60,600 bases of DNA, filler included, from 5 parts of 5 records of this genome joined end to end with filler, not necessarily neighbours in it, one strand, 5' to 3'. Positions 21,848-32,275 are shown, numbered from the whole stretch's first letter. The notes: generated by a model from the letters alone, not told the origin. Made by a program: numbers and translations.

Positions 21848-22389
21848 TAGCTTTTAATTCTTGATATTTTATGTTCTTGAAGTCTCGGCATAATTTCAAC
21901 AAAATTACAAGGTTTATGTCTTATATCTAGTTGATGAACTAAGATATCATCCCATCCATCTTTACAAGCTGATGGCGATCCAGGCAAACAAAATATATAA
22001 GTACCATTTGTTACACCAGCAAGAGCTCTAGACTGAAGTGCAGACGTACCTATTTTTGAATAAGATAACCAACGAAACATTTCCCCAAAACCATCAATTG
22101 ACTTTTCAAAAAGTGTTTTCATAACTTCTGGAGTAATATCTCTTCCAGTTAGGCCTGTGCCACCAGTTGATATTACTACATCTATTTTTTCATTATTAAT
22201 CAAACTTTGAAATAATTGAGTTATCTGCTTAAAATCATCTTTTACTATTTTACGAGCTAGAATATTGTGACCAGAATGCTCAATTCTATGAGCCAAAACA
22301 TCACCTGATTTGTCATTGTCTAAATCTCTTGTGTCGGATATTGTAACAATTGCTATGTTAATTGGTAAGAAATCTACCTTGTTGTTCAT
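21847..22389 (-). CDS. moaB: Molybdenum cofactor biosynthesis protein B
   Basis: TISDTR...DKSG, TGGTGLTGRD.TPE, LPGSPSAC and PCNF motifs. Confidence 0.95.
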   Translation of the reverse strand: MNNKVDFLPINIAIVTISDTRDLDNDKSGDVLAHRIEHSGHNILARKIVKDDFKQITQLFQSLINNEKIDVVISTGGTGLTGRDITPEVMKTLFEKSIDGFGEMFRWLSYSKIGTSALQSRALAGVTNGTYIFCLPGSPSACKDGWDDILVHQLDIRHKPCNFVEIMPRLQEHKISRIKS

Positions 22390-22406
22390 TTAATTTAACT
22401 TCCATT

Positions 22407-24179
22407 TTATTTTTTAAAAAATACTTTAAAATCAATCGACTTTCCTGAGGCTAACGCAAGTAAAATATCATTCTCTTGATTAAATCTTATTTTATATATC
22501 CATAAATTTGTTAATACTAATTTAATATAATTTCGAGTTTCCCTAGCTGGTAAACTTTCAAGCAATAATAAAGAATCCTTATATTTATAATCTTTATTTT
22601 TTGTCCATTTGTTAAAATTCCCCGGTCCTGCATTATAACTTGCTAACATCCACATCAAGTCTTGATTAACTATTGGTAAGTTTAATAGGAACTTCATATA
22701 CTTTGAACCAATTTGAATATTATGTGAAGGGTTATAAAGTAAATAGTTTTTACTTCTTCTGTGTCTATACTCTCTATTTTTCATTATAAATGCAGCTGTT
22801 GAAGGTATAATTTGCATCACACCCATGGCTTTTGAAGAACTCTTTGCTCTTGGGTTAAAACCAGATTCTTGCCTTGCAATTGCATAGATTAAAGCTTTAT
22901 CCTTTAAATTTGAAGTACTCATTTTCCAAGAAGGCACAGGATAAAGTCCTCCTAAAAAAATTTTATTATGATCATTTCTTAAAATTGCAGCTAATCTAAA
23001 AGTTAAACCAGGCATATTATTTTTAGACGTAAAAGATAACAATTGAGGATAATCAGCTATATCTAATTTAGGTATTATTTTTCTAAACTCTCTTGCTGCT
23101 TTATGAAATTCATTGACTTCAATTAGAGCCATAGCCCTTAATCCACCGTCATGACTTTGAATTTTTTTAATTAAATTTTTGCTATATTTTGGTAAATCAA
23201 AATTTGGGTTATATTTGTAACCTAGCGATGCCATTGCTAAAGAACCATAAAATGTTCTTTCTCTAAGAGCAGCTTTTTTTAAATAATAATTAGCTTTTTT
23301 TGGCTCTCCTAAAATATAAGCTATTCGTGCTGACCAATAACCACCAGCCGCTACAATACCGTCAGGTCCGTCATTATCCTCTATTAATTTATTGAAAAAA
23401 TATTTTGATAAATTAGTATCCTTATTCCTCCAAGATGCTAATCCTCCCGCCAATAAAGCTAACGGGTTTGGCTTTATCGACAAACTTAAAGATAATCTTG
23501 CTTGTCTTATAGCTTTGTGATCAAGGTTAAAAATAAAAAAGGCGTGAGATAATTCAGCTCTTAATTGAGATAATTCTCTTTTATTTAAATATTTTTTAGT
23601 TTTTTTGCTATTAAGTAAATTCTCAGCATATTTAGTGTTTCTTTTATTAATTGCTCGCCTAAACTTAATTGAAGTGGAGTATGAAAACCTTGAATACTTT
23701 TTATTACTTAATGGAAATCTGGGTTTTAAAACATTCGGTTTAAATGTTCCATATCCATTCAAAAATCCTTTTGTTGGCGCTTTAGGACTCCTTACATTGT
23801 TAGGTTTTCTTTTTAATGCTATTCTAGAAATTCTTGTAGCGTCTGGATGATCATTATATTTGTCGAGCCATATTTTTAAGTCTTTATAAGAACTTCTCCA
23901 ACCCGTTGGATGCAAGTATCTCTCAGCATAGACGTTACCCAATAATATTTTATTATCCAATTTTTTGATAAGGACATCAATTTTTTTCCAATCTAGAGCT
24001 TTTTTATTTTTAATAGGCTTATTTTGAATTTTAAAAATTTCTTTATAAATTTTGATGTCTTTAGAATCTAAGACTTTCGTATACTCTTTAAAGTCTCCTA
24101 ATGAAGGATTGCTAACTAAAGACAGACTAAGTAATATATAGAAAATTAATATTAAGTTTTTTTTATAATATTTTATCAC
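22407..24179 (-). CDS. Soluble lytic murein transglycosylase (SLT domain)
   Basis: Signal peptide; ARQESGF, AMGVMQIIPSTA, ASYNAGPG and ETRNY; probable GTG start at 24179 overlapping the UDG stop. Confidence 0.9.
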   Translation of the reverse strand: MIKYYKKNLILIFYILLSLSLVSNPSLGDFKEYTKVLDSKDIKIYKEIFKIQNKPIKNKKALDWKKIDVLIKKLDNKILLGNVYAERYLHPTGWRSSYKDLKIWLDKYNDHPDATRISRIALKRKPNNVRSPKAPTKGFLNGYGTFKPNVLKPRFPLSNKKYSRFSYSTSIKFRRAINKRNTKYAENLLNSKKTKKYLNKRELSQLRAELSHAFFIFNLDHKAIRQARLSLSLSIKPNPLALLAGGLASWRNKDTNLSKYFFNKLIEDNDGPDGIVAAGGYWSARIAYILGEPKKANYYLKKAALRERTFYGSLAMASLGYKYNPNFDLPKYSKNLIKKIQSHDGGLRAMALIEVNEFHKAAREFRKIIPKLDIADYPQLLSFTSKNNMPGLTFRLAAILRNDHNKIFLGGLYPVPSWKMSTSNLKDKALIYAIARQESGFNPRAKSSSKAMGVMQIIPSTAAFIMKNREYRHRRSKNYLLYNPSHNIQIGSKYMKFLLNLPIVNQDLMWMLASYNAGPGNFNKWTKNKDYKYKDSLLLLESLPARETRNYIKLVLTNLWIYKIRFNQENDILLALASGKSIDFKVFFKK

Positions 24180-24988
24180 TTTATTATAATTTCTTTTATT
24201 TTTTTTCTTAACAACTTCATGTCCTCCCAAGCTTCTTTTTTCATATCAGGTCGCATTAATAAATATGAAATGCCAAGAGTAGGAAGTACATAAATATTAT
24301 CTTCTATTTCACTATTATTATAATATGAATTAGATTTTAAAGAATACCATTGGCCTCTCGATTTAATAATACTTTGACTTAGACCTAATGTTTGATTAGT
24401 GGCCACTTCCCCTAAACATAAAATAATTTTTGGTTTTATTAATTTTATCAAATTAAAAATAAAGGGTCTACAAATATTTATTTCTTGTTCAGTTGGATAT
24501 CTATTACCTGGAGGTCGCCAAGGTACTCCATTTACTATAAAAATGTTTTCTCTTTTTAAATCTATAGCCTTTAAAATTTTATCAAAGAGATTACCCTTCT
24601 CAGAAACAAACGACTTTCCAGCGATATCTTCTTCTGAATTGGGTGCTCCATCTATGACTAAAATATCAGAGTTTTTATAACCTTGAAATTCAATAAAATT
24701 TTTTGCTGTTTTTTTTAAACTGCAACCTTCAAATTTTTGGAATAGATCTTCTAATTCTTTTAAGTTTTGGGCTGTAATTGCAATATCATAAGCTTTTTGT
24801 TCTTCATTCAAAATTATATTACTTATTGATGTATTATTATAAATATTTTTACAATTTTTATTTTGTTCTAAGGATTTATTTTTTTTTATTTGCGCATTTT
24901 GTAAAATTGATAAGTCAACACCTATGTCTTGATAAAACATTAATATACTAAGTATTTCTTCATGATTTTTAATTTCTAATTGTTTCAA
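24176..24988 (-). CDS. Uracil-DNA glycosylase family 4-like protein with degenerate catalytic motifs
   Basis: FEGCSLK.TA and PWRPPGNR.P..EI.IC.PF are present, but GEAPG reads DGAPN and HPAYLLR reads GISYLLMR. Confidence 0.8.
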   Translation of the reverse strand: MKQLEIKNHEEILSILMFYQDIGVDLSILQNAQIKKNKSLEQNKNCKNIYNNTSISNIILNEEQKAYDIAITAQNLKELEDLFQKFEGCSLKKTAKNFIEFQGYKNSDILVIDGAPNSEEDIAGKSFVSEKGNLFDKILKAIDLKRENIFIVNGVPWRPPGNRYPTEQEINICRPFIFNLIKLIKPKIILCLGEVATNQTLGLSQSIIKSRGQWYSLKSNSYYNNSEIEDNIYVLPTLGISYLLMRPDMKKEAWEDMKLLRKKIKEIIIK

Positions 24989-25073
24989 TTAAAACTTTCC
25001 TGTAAATTTTAACATTTAATATACTCATTAAATTAGTTTGTATTGATTTTTTATTAAAGCTATATTTTTTAAT

Positions 25074-26708
25074 TTGGTTAATTTTATGATTAAATTTATA
25101 ATTATATTTCTTACCATAAGTTTTTATGGTTGTACTATGAATTCTAATATTTCCAAATTTTCAGACATTGAGGTTACGAATAAAAAAAGTCCTTCGATAA
25201 ACGCTCTTTATCTATCAGCTAATTATTCTATTTCTAAAGGTGACGCTTATACAGCAGCTAAAACACTTAACTCAAATATTAAAGATTTAGAACTCTTAAA
25301 ACTTAAATTTATTTCAAATTTAATAAGTGGTAATTTTAAACAAGCATATAATATTTCTAATTCACTAAATATTAATAATAAAAATGGGCCTGTGTATGAA
25401 CTACCAAAATTTGCCCTTACTTTGAAAAACTATGAATTAGAGCAAAGTTTGCTTGTTGCAAAAAAAATAAAAAAATTTTTGAATTTACATGATGTTGTCC
25501 CTTTAATTAATTATTGGTTACTTCATCTAAAAGAAAAAAAAGATTTAAATTTTGATTATATATCTAAAGATATTTCTATTTATAAATTGTTGATTTTAGA
25601 AAACTTTTATGCATCAAAAAAATTAAAGAAAATTGTAGATGAAAACATAAATCTTAAAAATTTAAATAATAACGATTTACTGCTGTTGGCTGGGTATTAT
25701 TTTAGAGTTAATGACATTGATAAATTTAAAACTATTATTCAAAAAAATCTGCCTAATCAATTTGATAAAAAACTTTTAATAAAAAATATTTCTAAAACTA
25801 AAAATATTTTCAGTGAAGTACCAGATTTAAATATTATTTTGGCCTCCAAAATTTATAACAATGTCAAAGTAAATAATTTACAAGAATATTCATATTCTCA
25901 TATAAAAATTTTATTAGAACTCGCTCTTTACTTATATCCAAACATGGATATTGCTAAATACTCACTTGCTGAAATATATGATGATCAAAAATCAAAAGAA
26001 ATAGCTCTAAAAAAACTTAATTCAATTTCTTCAGAATCTTTTTTTTATTTGCCCAGTAATCTTAAAAAGCTATCAATACTTAAATCATCAAGACTAAATG
26101 CTGAACATAAAAAACATTTATTTAAAATTAAAGATAAATGGCCAAATAATAAATTTATTATGTTGCAAATGGCAGATTACTTTAAATCTAAAAGTAATTT
26201 TTATGAAGCCATACAAATATATAAGAAAATAATTGAAAATCATGGCGAAAATAATCGTCTATTATTTTTATATGCCTCTAGTTTAGATAAAATGGGAGAT
26301 TGGCATAAGGCAAAAGAATTATTAATAAAGATTTTAAAAAAAGACCCTGAAGAAACGTATACTTTAAACTACTTTGCTTATAGTTTAGCTCTAAGGGATG
26401 AAGAATTAGATTTGGCCCTCAATCATATTAAAAAAGCTTTATCTTTAGATCCTAATAATGGTTTTTTTCTTGATACTCTTGGTTGGGTAGAATTTAAAAG
26501 AGAGAACTATATGTCTTCCGTTTTTTATCTTGAAAAATCAATTATGATTTTACCAAGAAGCTCTGAAGTTATGGACCACCTTGGTGATTGTTATTTGAAG
26601 TTAGGTAGAACGAAAGAAGCAGTTTATGAATGGAAAAAAGCATTGAAATATGAAAATAATATTACTGTAATTAATTCAATAAAAGATAAGTTAAATAAAC
26701 ATGAATAA
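25074..26708 (+). CDS. TPR-repeat lipoprotein
   Basis: Lipobox-like FYGC; C-terminal TPR motifs LNYFAYSL, DTLGWV and DHLGD; upstream of ispE. Confidence 0.85.
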   Translation: MVNFMIKFIIIFLTISFYGCTMNSNISKFSDIEVTNKKSPSINALYLSANYSISKGDAYTAAKTLNSNIKDLELLKLKFISNLISGNFKQAYNISNSLNINNKNGPVYELPKFALTLKNYELEQSLLVAKKIKKFLNLHDVVPLINYWLLHLKEKKDLNFDYISKDISIYKLLILENFYASKKLKKIVDENINLKNLNNNDLLLLAGYYFRVNDIDKFKTIIQKNLPNQFDKKLLIKNISKTKNIFSEVPDLNIILASKIYNNVKVNNLQEYSYSHIKILLELALYLYPNMDIAKYSLAEIYDDQKSKEIALKKLNSISSESFFYLPSNLKKLSILKSSRLNAEHKKHLFKIKDKWPNNKFIMLQMADYFKSKSNFYEAIQIYKKIIENHGENNRLLFLYASSLDKMGDWHKAKELLIKILKKDPEETYTLNYFAYSLALRDEELDLALNHIKKALSLDPNNGFFLDTLGWVEFKRENYMSSVFYLEKSIMILPRSSEVMDHLGDCYLKLGRTKEAVYEWKKALKYENNITVINSIKDKLNKHE

Positions 26709-27609
26709 ATATTATTCAATAATTGCTCCTGCAAAACTTAACCTAAATTTGTTTATTAAAGGAAAAAATAAAAATGGATATCATTTATTAGAAAGCGATA
26801 TATGTTTCTTAGAGTTAACTGATAAAATATACATTAAAAAAAGTAACAAAGATTTATTTAATCAAAGTAAAACACCTAATAATTTCAACATTGACCCTAA
26901 CGATAATTTAATTTTTAAAGCTATAAACCAATTTAGAATATTAACTAAATGGAATATAAAATTTGAAGTTTACTTAGATAAAAAAATACCTATTGGAGCT
27001 GGATTAGGCGGAGGATCAGCAGATGCTGCTTCCACTTTAATATTATTAAGAAACTTATACAATAAAGAACATAATATAAAAAAAATTGACGTATCAGCAC
27101 TTTATAAAATAGGAATAGATTTAGGGTCAGATGTTCCAGCATGCTTACATAGCAAAGATTTAAGACTTGGAGGATATGGTAATAAAATAACAAGAACAAA
27201 AGTAATGAATAATTATTATTTTTTGTTAATTAATCCAAAAATAAATTTATCAACTAGAGAAGTGTTTCAGCAGTATGATGCTTCCAACTCAAATGAGAGT
27301 AACATTCCTGACGCACGTTTTGGAAATATTAATATACATAATTCTCTTTTATCATCAGCAATTGACTTGGCTCCTCAGATTTCATCTGTGTTGTCACATT
27401 TACAGAAATCGAAGACTATAACAGCTTATGGAATGACAGGAAGTGGCTCAACATGTTTTGGAATTTTTAAAAACATTAATGAAATCATAAAATTCTTAGA
27501 ATTTTTTAATAAACAGGATAATTCTAACTACTTTATTTGGTATGGACAAAAAAAAAATTATAACATGAACAGAATAAGAACCTCTAAAACACTTGAAAAT
27601 ATAGTTTAA
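26701..27609 (+). CDS. ispE: 4-(cytidine 5'-diphospho)-2-C-methyl-D-erythritol kinase
   Basis: APAKLNL, KKIPIGAGLGGGSADAA, LGSDVP and MTGSGSTCF motifs. Confidence 0.96.
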   Translation: MNKYYSIIAPAKLNLNLFIKGKNKNGYHLLESDICFLELTDKIYIKKSNKDLFNQSKTPNNFNIDPNDNLIFKAINQFRILTKWNIKFEVYLDKKIPIGAGLGGGSADAASTLILLRNLYNKEHNIKKIDVSALYKIGIDLGSDVPACLHSKDLRLGGYGNKITRTKVMNNYYFLLINPKINLSTREVFQQYDASNSNESNIPDARFGNINIHNSLLSSAIDLAPQISSVLSHLQKSKTITAYGMTGSGSTCFGIFKNINEIIKFLEFFNKQDNSNYFIWYGQKKNYNMNRIRTSKTLENIV

Positions 27610-27631
27610 ATAATGTAATTCAATAATCAAT

Positions 27632-27706
27632 TGGGGTGTAGCCAAGTGGTAAGGCATCGGGTTTTGATCTCGTGTACCGTAGGTTCGAATCCTACCGCCC
27701 CAGCCA
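27632..27706 (+). tRNA. tRNA-Gln (TTG)
   Basis: TGGGGTGTAGCCAAGTGGTAAGGCA..., anticodon loop TTTTGAT, T-arm GTAGG-TTCGAAT-CCTAC and CCA end; usual position after ispE. Confidence 0.96.
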
Positions 27707-27805
27707 TATATATAAACTATTAAATTTTTATAATATTTTTATTTATGTTTCTCATGAGAAACCAAGTTTTAAAATTCACTATATTCAAAAGACTATTTTT
27801 TACTT

Positions 27806-28492
27806 TTAAACATTATCTTTCATACAATAAAGACCATTTTGATTTAATAGAGAAAAGGATAAATTTGGTTCTATTTTATTTAATTTTAACCTCAACCTAT
27901 ACATATGAGTTTCTAATGTATGTGTATTAATATCTTGATTCACTCCCCATATTTTTTTTAATAGATCTGCTTTAGTTATATTTATATTTCTATTTTTATT
28001 TAAGTAATCAAGTAAGTAGGTTTCTTTTTCTGTTAAATGCTCTTGATAATGATTATTTGAATTATAAATAATTTTTTTAATTGCGATAAATTGAATATGC
28101 TCCATTAAATAATTGTTGCTCAAAGAAAAATCAGTTTTTTTCATATTATCTAAATAATTTAATAATGTATTAAATTTAAAAGGTTTTTTTAAAAAACTTA
28201 AGTTGTAGTTTTTATATTCCTCGTAATTTTTGTTTTCAAAATAATACGCTACTATATTTTCGTGCTTGTTACACTCCGTAAAATTTTTAAGAAAAGTAGC
28301 TAAATCATTATTAACAATATCTAAATTCAGAATAAAAAAATCAAAAAGTCTATTGTTTATCATTTCTAATAATTTTTTTTCATTTTGTGCAATAAATAAC
28401 TGATAATCTTCAGTATATAAAAATTGCTCTTGCAAAATAGAGTTTAAAAAAATCTCTTTTTCATATAATAATAATGTATGTTTTTTTTCCAT
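27806..28492 (-). CDS. OmpR/PhoB-type response regulator with a degenerate receiver domain
   Basis: Winged-helix C-terminus LTEKE..LL..L and THTLETHMYRLR; the receiver keeps KPF but has Asn at the apparent phospho-acceptor position. Confidence 0.85.
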   Translation of the reverse strand: MEKKHTLLLYEKEIFLNSILQEQFLYTEDYQLFIAQNEKKLLEMINNRLFDFFILNLDIVNNDLATFLKNFTECNKHENIVAYYFENKNYEEYKNYNLSFLKKPFKFNTLLNYLDNMKKTDFSLSNNYLMEHIQFIAIKKIIYNSNNHYQEHLTEKETYLLDYLNKNRNINITKADLLKKIWGVNQDINTHTLETHMYRLRLKLNKIEPNLSFSLLNQNGLYCMKDNV

Positions 28493-28535
28493 AAAAGAAA
28501 AAACCTAAAATTTAATTAAATATCAATAAATTTAC

Positions 28536-29672
28536 TTGGTTACAATGCATAATAATAATTTAACAGTTAAAATAGAAAGAGCAATATCAGAGCTTAGACG
28601 AGGTGGAAAACTTATTGTTTCAGATATTAATACTGGAACTTGTGTATTGCTAGTTGCTTCAGAATTAATTGAAAAAGAAACAATACAAGAATTATCTGAA
28701 CAGTCTCTATCAAGGCCAAGTATCATTTTATCTTCAAATCGCTCTAATGCCATAGGTATAAATGTCAAAAATCAACCAAGCTCTATTTTGATAAATAAAA
28801 ATTGGTCTATAGATGACATTTTATCCCTATGTATGCCATTATACGGTTATGATAAACCTTTGATAAACGGAGTTATATTAGAAAGTAATAAAAGTATTAT
28901 ATCCTCATGTCTTCTGATTTTAAGACAAGCTAGGCTTCTACCAGCTGGTTTAATGTCTATTATATCTAATGTTAAAATTGAAAATATTAATCAATGGGCT
29001 TTTAAAAATGACTTACTGCACGTAGAGACGAATGATATACAATCCTATGAAACCTCAAACACAGATAACCTTACCATGTCTGTAAGAGCTAAGGTTCCAA
29101 TTTCTTATACCGATAATTGTGAAATTATTATTTTTCGTCCAAAAGATGGTGGAGATGAACATTTTTGTTTACTCTTTGGTGAAACAAGAAATGTTTTAAA
29201 CATTACAAAACATAAACATATTCCTTTGGTAAGAGTTCATAGTCAATGCATAACGGGTGATATTCTTGAAAGTTTAAAATGTGATTGTGGCCAACAACTT
29301 AAACAATCCATTAAAATGATGTCTCAAGCTAATGAAGGTATATTGATATATTTAGCTCAAGAAGGCCGCGATATAGGCTTATTAAATAAACTTAGAGCAT
29401 ATACTTTACAAGAAAAAGGAATGGATACAGTCGAAGCGAATATGGCTCTTGGTTTTGATGATGATGAAAGATTGTACTACCCTGCGAAGCAAATACTTAA
29501 AAAATTAAATATTGATACATTAAAACTCATAACTAATAATCCTAGAAAAGTAGAAAATTTATCAAGTTTAGGGATTAACGTTTCAGAACGAGTTAGTATA
29601 AAGATTGAACCAAATAAGCATAATAAAAAATACCTTAAAACTAAACTAGAAAAGTCAGGACATATTTTATAA
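28536..29672 (+). CDS. ribA: GTP cyclohydrolase II with a degenerate N-terminal DHBP-synthase-like domain
   Basis: RVHSQCITGD...S.KCDCG, QEGR.IGL.NK and LITNNPRK; the start may be ATG 28545. Confidence 0.92.
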   Translation: MVTMHNNNLTVKIERAISELRRGGKLIVSDINTGTCVLLVASELIEKETIQELSEQSLSRPSIILSSNRSNAIGINVKNQPSSILINKNWSIDDILSLCMPLYGYDKPLINGVILESNKSIISSCLLILRQARLLPAGLMSIISNVKIENINQWAFKNDLLHVETNDIQSYETSNTDNLTMSVRAKVPISYTDNCEIIIFRPKDGGDEHFCLLFGETRNVLNITKHKHIPLVRVHSQCITGDILESLKCDCGQQLKQSIKMMSQANEGILIYLAQEGRDIGLLNKLRAYTLQEKGMDTVEANMALGFDDDERLYYPAKQILKKLNIDTLKLITNNPRKVENLSSLGINVSERVSIKIEPNKHNKKYLKTKLEKSGHIL

Positions 29673-30331
29673 TACAATAGTTCTTTGTCCGAAAAATTTG
29701 GTTCCTATTCTCACAGACGTAGCCCCAAATTTTATTCCCTCTTTAAAATCTTCACTCATACCCATTGACAATTCTGATAATTGGTTTCTATCAGCTATTT
29801 TTTTTAATAAACAAAAATGCATTGCAGATTCTTCATCATAAGGAGGAATACACATTAATCCAATAACTGGAAGTTTTAAATCATTTACACAATATTGAAT
29901 AAAAGAGTCAGATTCTAGAGGTAAAATACCACTTTTTTGAGTTTCACTACCTGTGTTAATTTGAATAAAGAAGCTTTTTGTTTTGACTTTATTATCAAAA
30001 TGCAAATATATCTCTTTTGCTAACTTTTCCCTATCGACTGTTTCAATAATATCAAATAATTTTAATGCTTGTTTTACTTTATTAGTTTGAAGGGGGCCAA
30101 TCAGCCGCAACTCTAAATCATCTATATGTTTTAATCTCTCTTCCCATCTCTGACGTGCTTCTTGTACTCTATTTTCTCCAAAAATTCTTTGACCAATCTG
30201 AATTGCAGTATCTATTTTATTTTCATCTTGTTTTTTAGAAACTGCAACTAATTTTGTAACTTTTGATCCTTTAAATTTACTATTTAAATGACTAGTATTT
30301 ATATCATTCAAAAGTTCTTCTCTATTTTTTT
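29667..30331 (-). CDS. yggS: PLP homeostasis protein YggS/PLPBP (5' end cut by the contig end)
   Basis: LVAVSK, FGENRVQE, IGPLQTNK, GLMCIPP, LSMGMS.D and VRIGT motifs. Confidence 0.95.
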
Positions 30332-30431
30332 NNNNNNNNNNNNNNNNNNNNNNNNNNNNNNNNNNNNNNNNNNNNTTAATTAATTAANNNNNNNNNNNNN
30401 NNNNNNNNNNNNNNNNNNNNNNNNNNNNNNN
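30332..30431. other. Artificial contig spacer
   Basis: N44-TTAATTAATTAA-N44. Confidence 0.99.
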
Positions 30432-30978
30432 CGACAATATTAGCAAATTTAATTAAGCTAGATATTTTCATTGGCCCAGTAATTCCAACATGCACTGGTA
30501 CGCTTTGTTTAGAAATAAAATCAACAATAGGCTGACTATCTAATAACCATTGTGTTACTATGTAATCAGCATAAGGCTTTTTATCTATCATTGCTTTTTC
30601 TAAATTTTGTTCTGGTATATCGGGACTTCCCTCTGGATGACCTGCGATACCAATTTTAATTCCTTCAAAATAACCTGTTTCTAAAATTTGATAAGAGCTA
30701 TCAAACTTACCAATTGGATCTCTGCTTCCACCAATAACTAAAGCTTGTTTAACACCTTGATCTTTACATCTTGAAACATATTCTTTTAATTCCTCTTCAT
30801 TGTTTATTGATCGGGCTGGAAAGTGTGGAACAGGATTAAAACCTTTCTTTACAAGATCTCCAGATTTATCAGCTGTCTCTTTATAGTCTCCGCCAGGTAA
30901 CATTGTGACGTAAACATCCTTTACTGGTGGCAAGGTTTCTAGGTCTGTGTGTGGACCGATTTCCAATGAAAAATTCAT
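30432..30978 (-). CDS. metF: Methylenetetrahydrofolate reductase, short alphaproteobacterial type (3' truncated)
   Basis: PVPHFPAR, LVIGG, IAGHPEG.P and IVTQW motifs; the frame runs into the spacer. Confidence 0.8.
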
Positions 30979-31080
30979 TTTTTCCCGATCATTATCTTAT
31001 TTGAAAAAGCTGTCAAAGAAATTCAGCATGGTTTAAAATGGAAATTTGTTGCCAAAAATTATGTCCATGATAATTTTTTT

Positions 31081-32274
31081 GTGATGCAAAATCAGAAATA
31101 TAAATCTCTCTCAGAAATCTTGGATATCAAGAAATTGATGAATGTGGATAGACCTATTGAGAGTGCAAATGGACTTCCAAATGAGTGTTACACCAGTGAT
31201 CATTATTTAGAGTATGAAAGAAATAAGATTTTTAGTGATAAATGGACAGTTATAGGAGTTGGTAGCTCAATACCTAATGCCGGAGATGCAAAGCCATACA
31301 ATCTACTCGGGATTCCTTTAATAATTGTCAGAGACAAGGATCTTGAAATTAGAGTATTCCACAATGTCTGTAGTCACAGAGGTTTCAAATTAATAGACAA
31401 ACCATGTACTCTAAAAAATGTAATCAGATGCCCTTATCATTCCTGGTCATATGACTTTAAAGGAAATTTGGTCGCCACCCCTCATATAGGAGGTTTAAAT
31501 GTTCATAGCTCAGATGAATTTGAAAAGAATCAGAGCAATCTAAAAGAGGTCAGATCTAAAATATGGATGGATATTATTTTTATAAACATCAATGGAAAGG
31601 AAATTGAATTTGAAGATTATATCAAACCACTTGAACAAAGATGGTCAAAATTTATTAATCAGGAAGATCAAAAATTATTAGTTCACTCTAAAGATTATGG
31701 TTCTTTTGATTTAGAAGTTAATTGTAATTGGAAATTTGCTATAGAAAACTATTGTGAAAGTTATCATCTGCCAACTATTCATCCAGAATTAAACAAAGTA
31801 TCTAATATTAATGATCATTATCATATTCAGGGTTTACCAAATCGATTTGCAGGTCAAGGTAGTGAAAAATATGAACAGCCAGTAAAAGGTAATAACAAAT
31901 TTGATATATTTAAGAATTGGAAAAAAAATTCTTTAAAAAATTCTGAATATATTGCGCTATTTCCAAATGTAATGATTGGTTTGCACTTGGATCATTTTTA
32001 TGTATTTTGGCTGGAACCACTTGCAACTAATAAAACAAAAGAACATATGCACATTTATTATGTAGGAGAAGAAAGTGCTAATGGGGATGAGCTGAAAGAA
32101 TTAAGAAAAGAAAATGCAAGATTTTGGAAAGACGTTATGTTAGAAGATATAAGTGCAATAGAGGGAATGCAAGAGGGAAGAGGCTCACCAATTTATAACG
32201 GTGGAAATTTTTCACCTGTGATGGATCAACCAACTCATCAATTTCATAAATGGGTAGCAAATAATTTAATATAA
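31081..32274 (+). CDS. Rieske non-heme iron oxygenase alpha subunit (choline monooxygenase/quaternary-amine demethylase-like)
   Basis: Rieske motif CSHRG-x-CPYHSW; mononuclear iron motif NWKFAIENYCESYHLPTIH...ED. Confidence 0.9.
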   Translation: MMQNQKYKSLSEILDIKKLMNVDRPIESANGLPNECYTSDHYLEYERNKIFSDKWTVIGVGSSIPNAGDAKPYNLLGIPLIIVRDKDLEIRVFHNVCSHRGFKLIDKPCTLKNVIRCPYHSWSYDFKGNLVATPHIGGLNVHSSDEFEKNQSNLKEVRSKIWMDIIFININGKEIEFEDYIKPLEQRWSKFINQEDQKLLVHSKDYGSFDLEVNCNWKFAIENYCESYHLPTIHPELNKVSNINDHYHIQGLPNRFAGQGSEKYEQPVKGNNKFDIFKNWKKNSLKNSEYIALFPNVMIGLHLDHFYVFWLEPLATNKTKEHMHIYYVGEESANGDELKELRKENARFWKDVMLEDISAIEGMQEGRGSPIYNGGNFSPVMDQPTHQFHKWVANNLI

Positions 32275-32275
32275 T

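Noticed and set aside
27632-27706. tRNA-Gln as an island integration site; T-T mismatch at the top of the anticodon stem
   Set aside because: No duplicated 3' end or integrase nearby and the flanks are housekeeping genes; a mismatch at that pair is tolerated in tRNAs.
30979-31080. Possible SAM-type riboswitch upstream of metF
   Set aside because: No SAM-II/SAM-V-like sequence or pairing is recognisable on the minus strand.
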